A stretch of 64,000 nt of DNA. It comes from Vicugna vicugna. Taxonomy: Eukaryota. The notes beneath the pieces were generated by a model. It saw only the letters and a program-made list of their open reading frames with translations. It did no database searches and was not told the DNA's origin. A program made the position numbers and the translations under genes. The stretch covers positions 186,001 through 250,000 of the forward strand of contig MU058213.1 in the NCBI GenBank assembly GCA_013265495.1, written 5' to 3'. Below, piece after piece: positions 49,656-62,577 of the stretch; within the stretch, counting starts at the first letter, position 1, and each line of letters begins with the position of its first letter.

Positions 49656-50964
49656 AATAAAACTGCCTAACATAGGAAACTAAATAAAGAATACAGAATA
49701 TTCAATGAATGAGAACTTTATCTCAAAAATTAAGCATATTACATTTCTTAATGTTCTGTAAAGGTTAAACTGAGACTTCTGTGGTAGGTATATGTGATTT
49801 CACAAGTTAAGGCTCCCTCAACTAACACTAATATGACATCTGTGAATAAATACCTATTATACACACGCATGCACACACACATTTTTAAAACTACAGCGAA
49901 AAAACAAATGTTCTAGTTTTTTTTGAAAAACATAATTTTGTTTAAAACATACTTTTATGGCATTTTTCAATCAAATTCTGACAATTCTGAAGGACTGACA
50001 CACTCTTTCTGGCACATAATTAAAATAAAGAAGGCTGGAGCACTGTTATTTGAAGGGCTTTCAAATTTTAGTTCTTAGAAATTTCATGAGAAAAGGTCTT
50101 AATGAGTACAGGGTTCTCCATGTATCATAACTCATAACTTCCTTTGTGCCATATGACCAAAGTTGCTGAATTTATACAGAATCAATCAATTCAGTGTAAG
50201 CTGAAAAATTATTAAGCCCGTAACATTACTGTACATAACCATATTGTTTTGAACACAGTACCATACAGACCATGTATTTCTCAAAGATACTGAGATAACC
50301 ACTACAAATCACTAAGTTGAGAGGCATAACAATAAAAAATAATCGATGTTTTTTTAGCTCCCTGGCTTATGGTGGAGCAGGAAGCTTCCAAGGCATGGGA
50401 GAGAGGAGGAAAGGTATCTAAAAATTACATCACGAAAATGTTTCACTCTCAATGCTCCCTTATTTCTCTTCCCTTTTTTAGTATTTTCTCTGCCTTTGAT
50501 CATTTAACTTAGTATCTCAACATTTAATAATTTTTACAGGAATTTTTATTCATCTTTAGTTAATCATTTATAATATATATCTCAAGGGGAAATTTTTTTA
50601 CATGTCCTTTTGATTCAATTTTAAGAGATAAATTACTTGTGGAAATACATCATATGTATATATCAGAAATACTCAATTATAATGATACAAATACATTGTT
50701 GACAAGAAACTAGAGACTTTGTAGGCAACACCCAAACATTTCTGATAAAACACGTCCTCTTTTCCCACTGCTTTGGGATATAAAAAAAATTTAATGTGGA
50801 TACTATGCTATTTATATGCTATAACAATTAACTTTCCCTACACCCTAGAAACTACTTTTTTGATTGGTGTGAGGACAAATCCCTTCTTATATCTGTGCTT
50901 CTTTGGAGAAGAGAAATGCTGGCTGCCTTACATGTAGCAGGAAAACGATACTCCCACACTCACC

Positions 50965-51146
50965 TTTCAAACTGTGATCTGAGGACCATGAACCCCAGAA
51001 TCACAGGATGCTAATGAAGATGAACATGCCACAGCCCTAACATCCCCAGCCTACAACGTGAAAACCTCTGGGAGTGGGCTGAGGGATATGTGTTTTAAAC
51101 ACATTTGCCAGGTGATTCTTCTGACACTAAAATTTGAGAACTACTG
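50965..51146. mobile_element. MER5-family MITE
   Basis: agaatcacaggatgct...tgttttaaacacatttgccaggtgattcttctgacactaaaatttgagaactactg. Confidence 0.65.
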
Positions 51147-52082
51147 TTGCAGGGGAGTAACTTCATCCTGAGAGAAATGAATTCATACTCTACAATGGTA
51201 TCTGTCAGTGTAGTTTCACTAATCGTATTTCTGAGAATTTCAATGGACTCATAAAAGTAAACAACGAATGACAATTCCACTTTCCTAGCCATGCAGAGTA
51301 GAAAGGGCACAGACTAAATCTAACACTTTTAAATGATGGGAGTTTGGGCTGGTTACCTAACCTCTCCAAGTCTTAGTTCCATCAGGTTAAAATAGAGATG
51401 GTAACATGTGGCTTATGAAAAGATTATATGAAATAATTTATGAAAATCAATTAGCACCAAACCTGCTATACAAAAGCTGTTCAATAACAATTAGTTTCTG
51501 AAACACTGAAAGAATATTCAGCGTCTACTAAATTTTTTTTTTCTAAAGGGACTCTGCCAGAAAACTAACTCCAAAAATCCAACTTAAAATGTACTGCATG
51601 TTTCATTTGCTGTCATAGATGTTTTCTTCAAGTGCACACAAATCATAATTTTTTTATTGAATGGTATTTTAAATATGCAAAGGAAGTTTGCTATTTATTA
51701 ACCTAGCCATGCAGAGAATCTTTTATATAAAAAGAATGCTTTTTCTATGTCGTGTATGTAGATGACAAGAACTTATGTCAACTTTCTAAATTCAGATGTT
51801 TATATTTTTTTAAACTAGGACACACCTCAACTAGTAGCAGAAAACACTGCTATTCTAGAAACATTATACACAGCATATATGGCAACAGACAATTAATATA
51901 CTGCATGGATGTCTGATAAAAGTCAAGTTTTTGAAATCTCTAAAAATTTTTATTTAAGAAATTCTCAAGACTTCAGGATGTACATACTAACCCCCTACTA
52001 CAGGTTTCCTGGAAGACAGTATCTTCTATACTTTAAGAAAAGACTTTTTTAAAAACTTCAAAATCCAATGACTTAAAGTTAC

Positions 52083-52252
52083 CTTTTCGATGCATCTTCT
52101 AAGAGTGTTAATATTCCTGACCCACCATCCTATCCCCATAGCTCTTAACTCAGACCACTGAGGGTCCCCTCTCTGAATTGCTGGAATCATATTAATCAGC
52201 TCTTCTTCGGCCTCAGAATGAAAAGCCCAGGCAAAATGACAAGTAGATACAC
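52083..52252 (-). CDS. DMXL2: DMXL2 exon (GVSTCHFAWAFHSEAEEELINMIP...WWVRNINTLRRCIEK)
   Basis: tatttag|GT ... AAG|gtaact; 170 nt, phase 1-0. Confidence 0.96.
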
Positions 52253-54360
52253 CTAAATAAGAAATACCAAAATAACAAGCTTCAGAACTAATAAAAAATT
52301 TTTTTCACATACTCACATATTTATTCATTCAGCAAAAAATTTTCAAACAGAAAAAAATGATAAAAGAATTTCATCATTCAGGATTTCATAATATAAAATT
52401 CTAAATACAAGACCATTAAAAGGATACACAAATCCAAAATATCTTTTTCCCAAATGTATTTTCTTTTTCCCCCCGCAAAAACAGACACACTGAAACTAAA
52501 TCATTAGAAAGAAAGATATTTGAATATCAAGCCACTCATATGTACGTACACACCCCAAACTTATCAACAGTGAAAGCTCCGGTCCAGTTCAAGTATCTTG
52601 GCCTGTGTACGTGGGTGCTGTCTGACAGTGCCACTTGCTTGCAGACCATGTGCTTCAGTACTGGACACTGCTCTGGCCAAAGAGCTACATATCACTTCAA
52701 AGCAAGCTCTAAACTTGAGAGTTCCCTCTACCTTCAGTGCCTTGGTTAAAAAGACTTTAAAACTCTTTTTGGTATATGGCAAACTCTTTCTTGTCACGGT
52801 AAAAGACTGACAGAGATCTACGCTGTATTTAGAGGCAACAAAATGGGGTTCAGCAACACTCTCCATGAGTTTATCCATAGTTGAACCACTGACAACACTT
52901 TACTCCACTTGGAGCAGGTGAAGAGGAAACATAAGAGAAGTGAACCACGTGGAGTGATGTCAGACAGTGGGAATGCTGCTGGGAAGAACCCAGCGCATCC
53001 CAGGACAGAAGCCAGGCTAGCTGAAGGAACCATCTAAATGAACCTTTTGGAAACAAAGAAATGTCTGAGGCCAATGTTCTGACAGCCACATTACAACACA
53101 GGACTCTCAGTGCTATAAGAACATCAATATTACCACATGTGATTTTTTTCATTAACTACTATATAGATTTCCCATATAGTTTAAAACTTTTCTAACAATT
53201 ACTGCTTCCCAACAGTTCCTTTAGAAAGTATAAAAAACTATTACAACCATTTTGAATAATAATCTTAAATCTTTTAAATTCCCCATTGCTAACATTTATA
53301 TACAATGTGTTTGAAATCGTATCACAAAATCGATGTAACATGTCTTAACTGTCACTATAAATTTAGGGGGAAAATGGAAAAAATTTAATAACGTCAATTT
53401 GTATTTTTTCAGAATCTAAAAAGTAGATTCATTTTCTCACTATGTAAGTCTCTGATTTAAGAAAAAACTGCTACTTGAAATAATTACAAAAAAACTGATG
53501 CTTTGCTTTAGAAATTGCTATTATATGGCAATGCAAAATGCACTTTTGCTGATATGAAATTTTTATTATAAAATAACAATATAAAATATACTATATTCTA
53601 AACCCTTAAATGAATTTTTTAAACTGAAGTATAGTTAGTTTACAATGTTGTGTCAATTTCTGCTGTACAGCACAATGTTTCAGCCATACATGTGACATTT
53701 TTTAATTGAAGTATAGTTGACTTACAATGTTGTGTTATGAAATTTGACTAATTAAATTTTGGCGTGATTAAAAGGAAACAAAAAAACAGATAGGCTTGTC
53801 AGGGGAATGCGGTTAAGAAAGAAGATTAAGAGAGCAGCGAATATTTGTAAACCTAACTATTAGAGGTGAAAAGGCATTAGGAAGAAGGAAAAAAATAGGG
53901 GCACCAACAGACATTTATTTTCACTTGCCTTCCAACGGCAGACTATTCTTTGTAATCAATCTTTGCTCTTCTCAGCTTGTCTATCTATATGCTAGCTACT
54001 TAAGTTTTTCCCTAAAAAATGTTCCCAGGACCATCACCTACAAGATCAGTCACTTTTCTCAGCTCCAGTGTTTTAACTATATCATAGGGAAAATGGAATT
54101 TGACAAAGCTTATAAATTTGAGGTGTTTTGGAACTCCCTAGACAATATAGACAATTGTCATTAAGTGATTCAGTACCATCTGACCATTATTTAAATCTAA
54201 AATTTGAAAGAACTTGAAGATACCATTTTTAACCTTTTCCAAAAGGCACAGATCATTTAAAACAATGAGTTGAGTTTTGGCATCATCAAACTTTGGTTTT
54301 GGGAATGTAAATGAGCAGTCTTTCTGAAGGTAGCAACACTTATCAAGAAGAATTTTCAAG

Positions 54361-54911
54361 ATACATGCACTCCAATGTTCATAGCAGCACTATTTTCAAT
54401 AGCCAAGACATGGAAACAACCTAAATGTCCATCCACAGATGACTGGATAAAGAAGATGTGGAATACTACTCAGCCATAAAAAAGAACAAAATAATGCCAT
54501 TTGCTGCAACATAGATGGACCTGGAGATCGTCATTCTAAGTGAAGCCAGAAAGAGAAAGAAAAATACCATATGATATTACTTATAGACACAAGTGAACTT
54601 ATTTACAAAATAGAAACAGACTCACAGACATAGAAAACAAACTTACAGTTACCAGGCGGGGAAGGAGGTAGGAAGCGATAAACTCAGGATTCAAGATTTA
54701 CAGATACTTACTAGTATATATAAAATACATAAACAAGTTTCTGTATAGCATAGGGAACTGTATTCAATATCTTATAGTAACCAATAATGAAAAAGAATAT
54801 GAAAATGAATATATGTATGAATATGTATGACTGAAACATTGTGCTATACACCAGAAATTGACAACACTGTAAACTATACTTCAGTATAAAAATTTTGCTC
54901 TCTTAAGAGTT
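54361..54911 (+). mobile_element. 5'-truncated L1 3' end
   Basis: ORF2 end plus 3'UTR; TSD aagaattttcaag (54348-54360) / aagaattctcaag (54912-54924), one mismatch. Confidence 0.88.
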
Positions 54912-55159
54912 AAGAATTCTCAAGCCCTTTGATTCAGTAATTTCATTACTAGAAAATTAATAGGAGGAAATAATCAGATACATAAACATTTTTATATGCA
55001 AGGTTATAAAGTCATTCATTAACAATGACAATTCAAATGGGAAAAAATCTCAGCAAAAGTTATATTTTTAGAAAAAATAAAGGGCTGGTTAGATGAAATA
55101 TAGTTTAAAAACATGACAGAATAGTAGACAGCAGTTTAGAATCATATTTTCAAAGAACA

Positions 55160-56182
55160 AGCCTTTGTCAGTTTCATCGTTTGCAAAAATTTTCTCCCAT
55201 TCCATAGGTTGTCATTTTGTTTTACTTATGGTTTCCTTTGCTGTGCAGAAGCTTGTAAGTTTAAGTCCCATTTGTTTATTCTTGCTTTTATTTCTATTGC
55301 TTGGGTAGACTGCCCTAGAACATTTTTGAGATGTATATGAGATAATGTTTCGCCTGTTCTCCTCTAGGAGGTTTATTGTCTCTTGTCTTATGTTTAAGTC
55401 TTTGATCCATTTTTGAATTTACTTTTGTGTATGGTGTAAGGGAGTGTTCTAGCTTCATTGATTTACATGCTGCTGTCCAGTTTTCCCAACACCATTTGCT
55501 AAAGAGACTGTCTTTATTCCATTGTGTATTCTTGCCTCCTTTGTCGAAGATTAGTTGACCAAAAGTTTGTGGGTTCATTTCTGGGCTCTCTATTCTGTTC
55601 CATTGGTCTATATGTCTGTTTTTGTACCAGTACCATGCTGTCTTGATGACTGTAGCTCTATAGTATTGTCTGAAGTCTGGGAGAGTTATTCCTCCAGCCT
55701 CTTTCTTTTTCTTCAGTAATGCTTTGGCAATTCTAGGTCTTCTGTGGTTCCATACACATTTTATTATGATTTGTTCTAGTTCTGTGAAATGTGTCCTGGG
55801 TGATTTGATAGGGATTGCAATAAATCTGTAGATTGCCTAGGGCAGTATGACCATTTTAACAATATTGATTCTTCCAATCCAGGAACGTGGAATATCTTTT
55901 CATTTTTTTAAAGTCTTCTTAATTTCCTTCATCAATGGTTTATAGTTTTCCATGTATAGGTCTTTCACCTCCTTGGTTAGATTTATTCCTAGGCATTTTA
56001 TTACTTTGGGTGCTATTTTAAAGGGGATTGTTTCTTTACTTTCTTTTTCTGTTGATTCCTCACTAGTGTAAAGAAATGCAACTGATTTTTGAACGTTAAT
56101 CTTGTAACCTGCTACCTTGCTGAATTCTTTGATTAGTGCTAGTAGTTTTTGTGTGGACCTTTTAGGGTTTTCTATATATAGT
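55160..56182 (-). mobile_element. Internal L1 ORF2 fragment with no 3'UTR or poly(A)
   Basis: ORF 55315..55578 ([26 protein letters not shown]); nearly identical to the young L1 at 39502 where they overlap. Confidence 0.9.
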
Positions 56183-56400
56183 GGAACATTTATTGAGGGT
56201 AAAGGGTAGGTGCTATGGGTAAGAATAATAAACTATAAAGCCAAGTACTGTATACCCTACAACACTAAAGCATATTTTGTGGGGCTGTGTCCAGGATGCT
56301 GGTTTCAAAAGGAACACAGCCCTGTAAAAACTGCACTGGACTGGGATTCTAATTCCAACTCTATTAATAAACAGCCATATATCTTGGGTAGGTCACTTTT

Positions 56401-56538
56401 TAAAAAAAAATTTTTTTGTTCTTTTTTTAGGGAAGGGGGAGGGTAATTAGGTTTATTTATTTATTTAACTGAGGATTGAACCCAGGACCCCGTGCATGCT
56501 AAGCACGTATTCTACCACTGAGCTGTACCCTCCCCTCC
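56401..56538 (-). mobile_element. tRNA-Ala-derived camelid SINE (vic-1 type)
   Basis: reverse strand reads gggtacagctcagtggtagaatacgtgcttagcatgcacggggtcctgggttcaatcc; TSD aggtcacttt at 56390-56399 and 56544-56553. Confidence 0.88.
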
Positions 56539-57064
56539 TAGACAGGTCACTTTAAACACTATAGTTTTGATTTTTTAACCTATAAGTTAGGGGGCTGATA
56601 TAAAGCTATATATCTCAAATCAGGGTTCGTGGCAGTGTGCTAGAGGTATGCCAGTCTACTGGCGGACCATATGGCAGACAGTCCTGAAACATCAGCTTTA
56701 CTTATGAGTAAGTAATTTGGAACATAATGCTTCTGTTAAAAACAAACACAGTAATACCCAGGGCCAAATTTACATAAGTTTTAAAAAAGACGTCACAGAA
56801 ATTCAGGGCCACTATGTTACAACCTCAAGTGTGCTGAGTTTACTCCTAAACTACTATGACTTTAGTGAGTAAAGCCTGAGAAATTGAGACAAACAGAGCT
56901 GAATGACCCATAGGAAAAATGTAAGTGGGTACCACTATGCAACAGGGAGATCTTAAGGCTACCGCCAGGTACGCACATGACAACGTACCTAACGCTCACA
57001 CACAAACACAGACACGCCAACCACTTCAGTAAGAAACAAAAGTTGCACAAAGCTCACACCACAC

Positions 57065-57175
57065 CTTGATGAAGTAGCTGTACTCGGTACAGAGGAGGCA
57101 GCGACGTCAAAAGGCACGTGTGCAAGCGCAGCGCTAGTAAGTACCGTAGACCACACTCGTCCAATGTGTCTCTTC
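57065..57175 (-). CDS. DMXL2: DMXL2 exon (GRDTLDECGLRYLLALRLHTCLLTSLPPLYRVQLLHQ)
   Basis: tttgcag|GA ... CAAG|gtgtgg; 111 nt, phase 1-1. Confidence 0.95.
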
Positions 57176-57964
57176 CTGCAAAGTAAAGAGAAAATGCGTT
57201 TAAGGGAAGAGGAATGCAACACGTCACCAAGCGACCAAGAGTTAGAAAATAAACATTCAACTCAGCAGTACTAATTTACGCGAAGTATGTAAGATATTTT
57301 TGAGTGTCTTCTGTTGTGAACACGGCAATGTTTTTATTTAAAAATACCTCTACAAAAAGCGTACGTAAACACTAAGACTGCCAAATGAAAAATGACTGGG
57401 AAAAATGTAACTGCCTATTAGTACAGGTAACAACAGTACTTAGAGCTACTCTTAATAAATGAAAAGGGAAGAAATCTTGAAATGCAATAAAAAATACATT
57501 AAGGATAGTAAGTTAGGTGTAATTTTAAAAAATACTTCCCACGCAAATTCAGATGAGATTTAAAGACAGGAATTACGTAACTAAAATAAAATTATGTACT
57601 ATATAATTAAACAGGTAATATTTTCTAGGTTGGTTAGCCCAACTGAAATACAGCGCTATCAAAGATTTGAAATGGGATTCCCCAGGCTAGTGGTACCAAG
57701 TTAAGGTTCAACTATAACCTCGATTCCACAAATTTACTCTTATTCAAACGTTGAGCAGAGGTATGAAAGTGTGGCAAGTTTACTCAAAATTATAGCCGCT
57801 GCTGAATAAAAGCAACGGAAAAGTACTAACAACACCTACCCCAGTAACTGCCACTTAGGAAATACTCAGGGTATTGAACCAAATATTTTCTGGAAGAAAA
57901 TAAAATGCTTTAAACTGTCAAAGTTCAAGTTCCAGCTCTATTTCCCATTAGCATATTCGTCAGT

Positions 57965-58785
57965 CCACTCGTTCATTTATTCATTCAACAAGCTAAGCAC
58001 CTGCTACACCGCACGTGTAATTCAGGTACCGGGGATTCGGCAGGGAATAGAGCAAAGTCCCTACTCTCGGGGCGCTTACATCTCGGGAGACAGAGACAGA
58101 CAAGAAACAAAGAAATAAAGTGTCTAGGGGAAATTAATGCTACGTATGGAGAGAAATAAAGCAGGATTGAGAGAAAGGGGCTGCTGGAGTAAGAGGCTTC
58201 TGTTTTATATAGTGTGGCCAGGAAAGAACTTTCAGTAAGATGAAATTTGAGGAGGGAAGGGAATGAGGCTCTGGAAGAAGAGCCTTTTGTGCACAGGAAA
58301 CAGTACGTGCAAAGATACTGCGACAGGAATGCGCCCAGTGTGTTTGTGGGACAGCAACGAAGCCAATGCAATAGAGCAGAAGTAAACTCAGATCACGCAG
58401 GGCCCTGTGGATCACTTAAGGATCTGGCTTTTGCTCTAAGTAAAATGGGAAGCCACCAGTGTATGCTGAGCAGAGGAGAGACTTAATGCGATCTTGTTTT
58501 AAAATAATCACGGATTCCTCTGTCAAGAACAGACTGAGGTAACAGGAATGAAACAGTTCAGGAGACTTTGCCAATAATTAGGCAGGGTGTGACAGTGACT
58601 TGTACCAGAGTGGTAACAGGGGAGATGATGAGAAATGATTGGATTTGCGACATGGTAGAACCGACAGCATCTGTCAATGCACTGGAGATGGGGCATGAGA
58701 GAAGGCAGAATCAGGAATATCTCTAAGCTGTCTCATCTGAACAAATGGAAGAATCCATTTACTGAGAATGCATTTACTGAGATGT
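57965..58785 (-). mobile_element. L2 3' fragment
   Basis: ttcattcaacaagctaagcacctgctac...gcaaagtccctactctc...aagatgaaatttgag...gagcagaggagagac...tgttttaaaataatcac. Confidence 0.8.
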
Positions 58786-58847
58786 GCAACTATTTAATCT
58801 CTGAGCTTCAGTTTCCCACCTGTGAGATGGAGACATTCATTCCCCCT

Positions 58848-59606
58848 TGCGGGGGGCCACTCATGACCTGAGGGCTGCCGAGCACAGAAACTGGGCCTAA
58901 ACTCCCAGAGTGCGGGGCGCCAGGCTCTGAGGTTGGGACTGCCGAGCACAGAAACTGGGCCTAAACTCCCAGAGTGCGGGGCGTCAGGCTCTAAGGCTGA
59001 CTGAGCAAAGACAATCTCTGTCCCGCCACCCCTTTGTTAGAAAAACAGCAGGTGCATTTGGAGTCAGAAAAACATCTTGATGCCATTGAGTTATTAAGAA
59101 CAGGGGCTTCTGGAAAGAGAGATACAGGTCACACAAGTTAGTGATCTTAGTAACAATCACCTGAGTTACCAATACACAAGTTACATAAGTTAGTGATCTT
59201 AGTGACAATCACCTGAGTTACCAATACACAAATCACGATGTTAGCCTAGAGGAACAATAACAGTTATCAATGATGTTAACTCATGGGGAACCGTTAGTCT
59301 TGATTGATGAGAAATATAAACAATAATGATGTATGTAACTATGCACAAGTTACTGATTTTAGTACACATTGTTAAGAGATCATAAAAACAATCCGTTACC
59401 TACGATACTGTTGCCTATGGGTTAAAAGCATATAAATTAACTGCTGGAAATAAACACGAGGTCCACTCTTGACCTAGCGTCTTGCGGGCTAGAGTGAGAC
59501 CCTCTCCCCCAGCTTTTAGTCTTGTCTTCCTTTTAGTCTTGTCTTTCTTTTCTCAGTCCTGCAGCACAGATTTCTGGACCTGATCGATTGTCGGCTGGCT
59601 CCGACA
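58848..59606 (+). mobile_element. Solo LTR (759 bp), ERV2/betaretrovirus-like, inserted into a MIR
   Basis: TG...CA ends; 6-bp TSD ccccct at 58842-58847 and 59607-59612; TATAAA at 59431-59436 and AATAAA at 59449-59454; internal tandem duplications. Confidence 0.88.
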
Positions 59607-60009
59607 CCCCCTAATCTACCTCACGAAAGTTCACTGTGACCAGGATGAGCCATTTTTCTACTGCCTCATCAAGGATACAGCTTTGTATCAGAAAATTTAA
59701 ACTATTTTTCACAGACTGTGGCATATCTAATGTCCAAGGGTAAAAACTCTAATACATATTAAGTTTGCAATAAAGGCTTAAGGCTATTGTGGGGAGAATC
59801 TTGCTCTATAGCACACAACGTCATAATGATTCTAATTTTTTTTTAATTAACATGCTTGAAAAATAAGTTAAAGGCAAAACCCTCTAAAGGTCACTAGTTA
59901 CTGTGACCTATGGAAGAGAAAATTTTGGAGCTATATTATAAGGACATAAACGTATGTGAAGAGATACATTCCAGGTAGCTTGGAATCTTCTGAAATAATT
60001 AAAAGAGCA

Positions 60010-60250
60010 CATAGGCTTGGAGGCAATGATTTATCCACATAGGAACCCCAGTTCTGCCACTTACTACCTGTGTGATCTTATATGTCACTTTATCTCCCTA
60101 AGGATCAGTGTCTTCATCTATAAAATTAAGCATAATAATAGCTATCTACTAGAGGGTTGTTATAATAATTAAATATGATAAAATACATAAAGCACTCGGC
60201 ACAGAGCACCCATTCACTGCTCCACAATATTTACTGAATGAATGAGTGCT
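60010..60250 (+). mobile_element. MIR SINE
   Basis: ccccagttctgccacttactacctgtgtgatctt...cagtgtcttcatctataaaat...taaagcactcggcacagagc. Confidence 0.8.
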
Positions 60251-60900
60251 CAGTCACCTTTCATTTCCTTAGCTAATGCCATCATTTAGCATCGACACCA
60301 TTACCTTCAACTCTCTGCATAAAAAAGAATGGAATCTAATTTCAGGAGGCAGCCAAACTTTTTTCTGGTTACAGAATGTATTAAGCAAGACCCACATTAT
60401 ATTAAAATGCATGAAAACCTCTTTCTCAAGAGAACTTTTGGAATAAGGCAATTATAAAATGTCATTTTTAACTAGAAATGGGAAGATGAACAAGTTGAGT
60501 CCACGGGGTCCTTAAAAGCCTCATGGCTCAATAGTAAAATTAACAAATGGGCCATCACCACCTTAAGTAAAATAAAAATAAACCATAGGAATCAATCTGG
60601 GGGAAAAAAAAAGACTATATATCCAAAATCACACGAAGGTTTCAGTGTACAATGTCACGTGAGGAGGCACACAGACACATCACATCACAAACACACAGAG
60701 GCACACCACAAGTCACAGCCTAGCCCCATTGCCTTTTCTTCCACAACCAGTCACAACACGTAATAGTAACTGGCTACTAGAGAGGCCATTTCCCCACAAG
60801 GTTTAAGGAAAGACTGCAGTTTAATATGTGGGTCATCATATAGACATTACAAACAGTTCTGTTAACGATAACTCTGTAAGCTCTCACTGAGGTCATTTAC

Positions 60901-62577
60901 CTGAGTAAGTCTTATCTCTGTTTTCATCAAGCTCAGTACTGGTGGTCGCCACTGTATCAGCTAAAGCTACAAGGAACATCTGCTCCAAACGGGTCAGGCC
61001 TGGTAGACTTGAGTGCATAAGATGACTCGAAAGTACCCTCGCGTGTTCTTGGCCAAAGTAAGCTGGTCCATACTGAGAAAGATTTATTACTTTCGACTTG
61101 TTTTCTCTCTTTTCTGGCTCTAAATCGATATCATCCGTTGTTATATCCTGGATTTGGAACAGCTCTGAATACTGATCCTCCGGTTGACTTTCGGTATGAT
61201 CTTCAAAGCTCTGAGGTATTTTTGTACTTTCTTCTGAAATTCTGTAGGTTGTGTCTTGATCGGCAGCAAGCAATGCATATAACGGCAGTGGAGGAATAGA
61301 ATCTATCTCGGTATAATCTCGAGTGCCATCTTTCCCTATGGTAACTGTATCCTTTGCTGTACTGCCGCTCACACTAATGGTTCGAGAAAGATGTCGCTTA
61401 GTTCCTTCTCCAGCATCAGCATCTCTAACTATCGCAACTTCACCTGCAATACATTTTACTAAATGAGAGAGAATAGCTTTAGCCCTGCGAACTTTCCCTA
61501 AATCCATCAGTTCTAACAGCTGGGTTGGATGATACTGCGGGAGAGTAGGGGAGAGGACATGTGCAGCCTCGAATAAGCCACCGTCTTGAATTACAGTTGG
61601 TGAACAGAAAACATCATCAGAAATAGCTGTTCCTTCAACAATACTTTTCCTTGACAACGTATTAGATTTAAAGGCAGAATGATCTTGTATTGCTGTCTCC
61701 TCTGCTTCAGGACTATCAGCTTCAATGTCTCCAAATTTGACAGCATGCTTCCACTGTGCATATACGTGCATTTCACAGTCCATTCCTACCACTAATATCC
61801 CATCTCTTACCCAGGAGAGAGAAACAGGCAGGGAAGGTGTACCATCAACAGAAGACACCAAGTCTATAGATCTCAGAAGAACCCATCTTGACCTAACTCC
61901 CTGCTTGATACTACCACCTAGTGGTAAAGTAATGACAGCTACTCCATCCTTACTATTGACTTGATCAGTCACAATCCCTGAAAGCCGCCCGTACATGAAG
62001 ATATTAGCACCAACCCCCACTGTGAGAATGTGGGAGCCATCCTCTTTTGACACCCAGTCCAAATGTACTAAATGTTTGATATTTGGAATAAGGTATCTGT
62101 CTTTGCTCAAAAGGGCATCTGATTTGCTGTACACAAAGAGGTTACTGTCGACACTAACCCTCGAATCAAGCACACTCCCAACTTTGACCAAATCATCAAG
62201 ATGAATTGTTTGTTCTAAAGCCCATTCTGACCCTCCTGTAGATTCACATTCAAATATGCAAACATGCATGGAAAATTCTTTAGAAACAAAACCATTTTGG
62301 TGGACAGGCTGTTTGTAAGCCACTGCAAGGCGACCCGTGTATGAACAGCTAACAGCAACTGGTCTTCCCACAATGCTCACTGTACTGCTATTATCTTCCC
62401 CTTCATCATTCATCAAGGGCCATCTCCTCCAATGATAGATTTCCTTCTCGTCACTTTTACATTGTAGGCTGGTTTCCATACTACATTTCCAGAAGCGTAC
62501 TTTATTGTCAGAACAAGTTGTAACCACTAAATAAGGTGCAAGGCACACTGGATAAATTGAAGAGGAACTTAGGTGAC
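60901..62577 (-). CDS. DMXL2: DMXL2 large exon (GHLSSSSIYPVCLAPYLVVTTCSDNKVRFWKC...DENRDKTYS); WD40 region into Rav1p_C
   Basis: tttttaag|GT ... TCAG|gtaaat; 1677 nt, phase 1-1; ORF 60893..62548 with the DMXL motifs LFEAAHVLSPTLPQYHP and SSLPGLTRLEQMFL. Confidence 0.98.

Noticed and set aside
58872..59232. Direct repeats that could suggest a CRISPR-like array
   Set aside because: Only two copies each, no unique spacers, eukaryotic context; they are LTR U3 duplications
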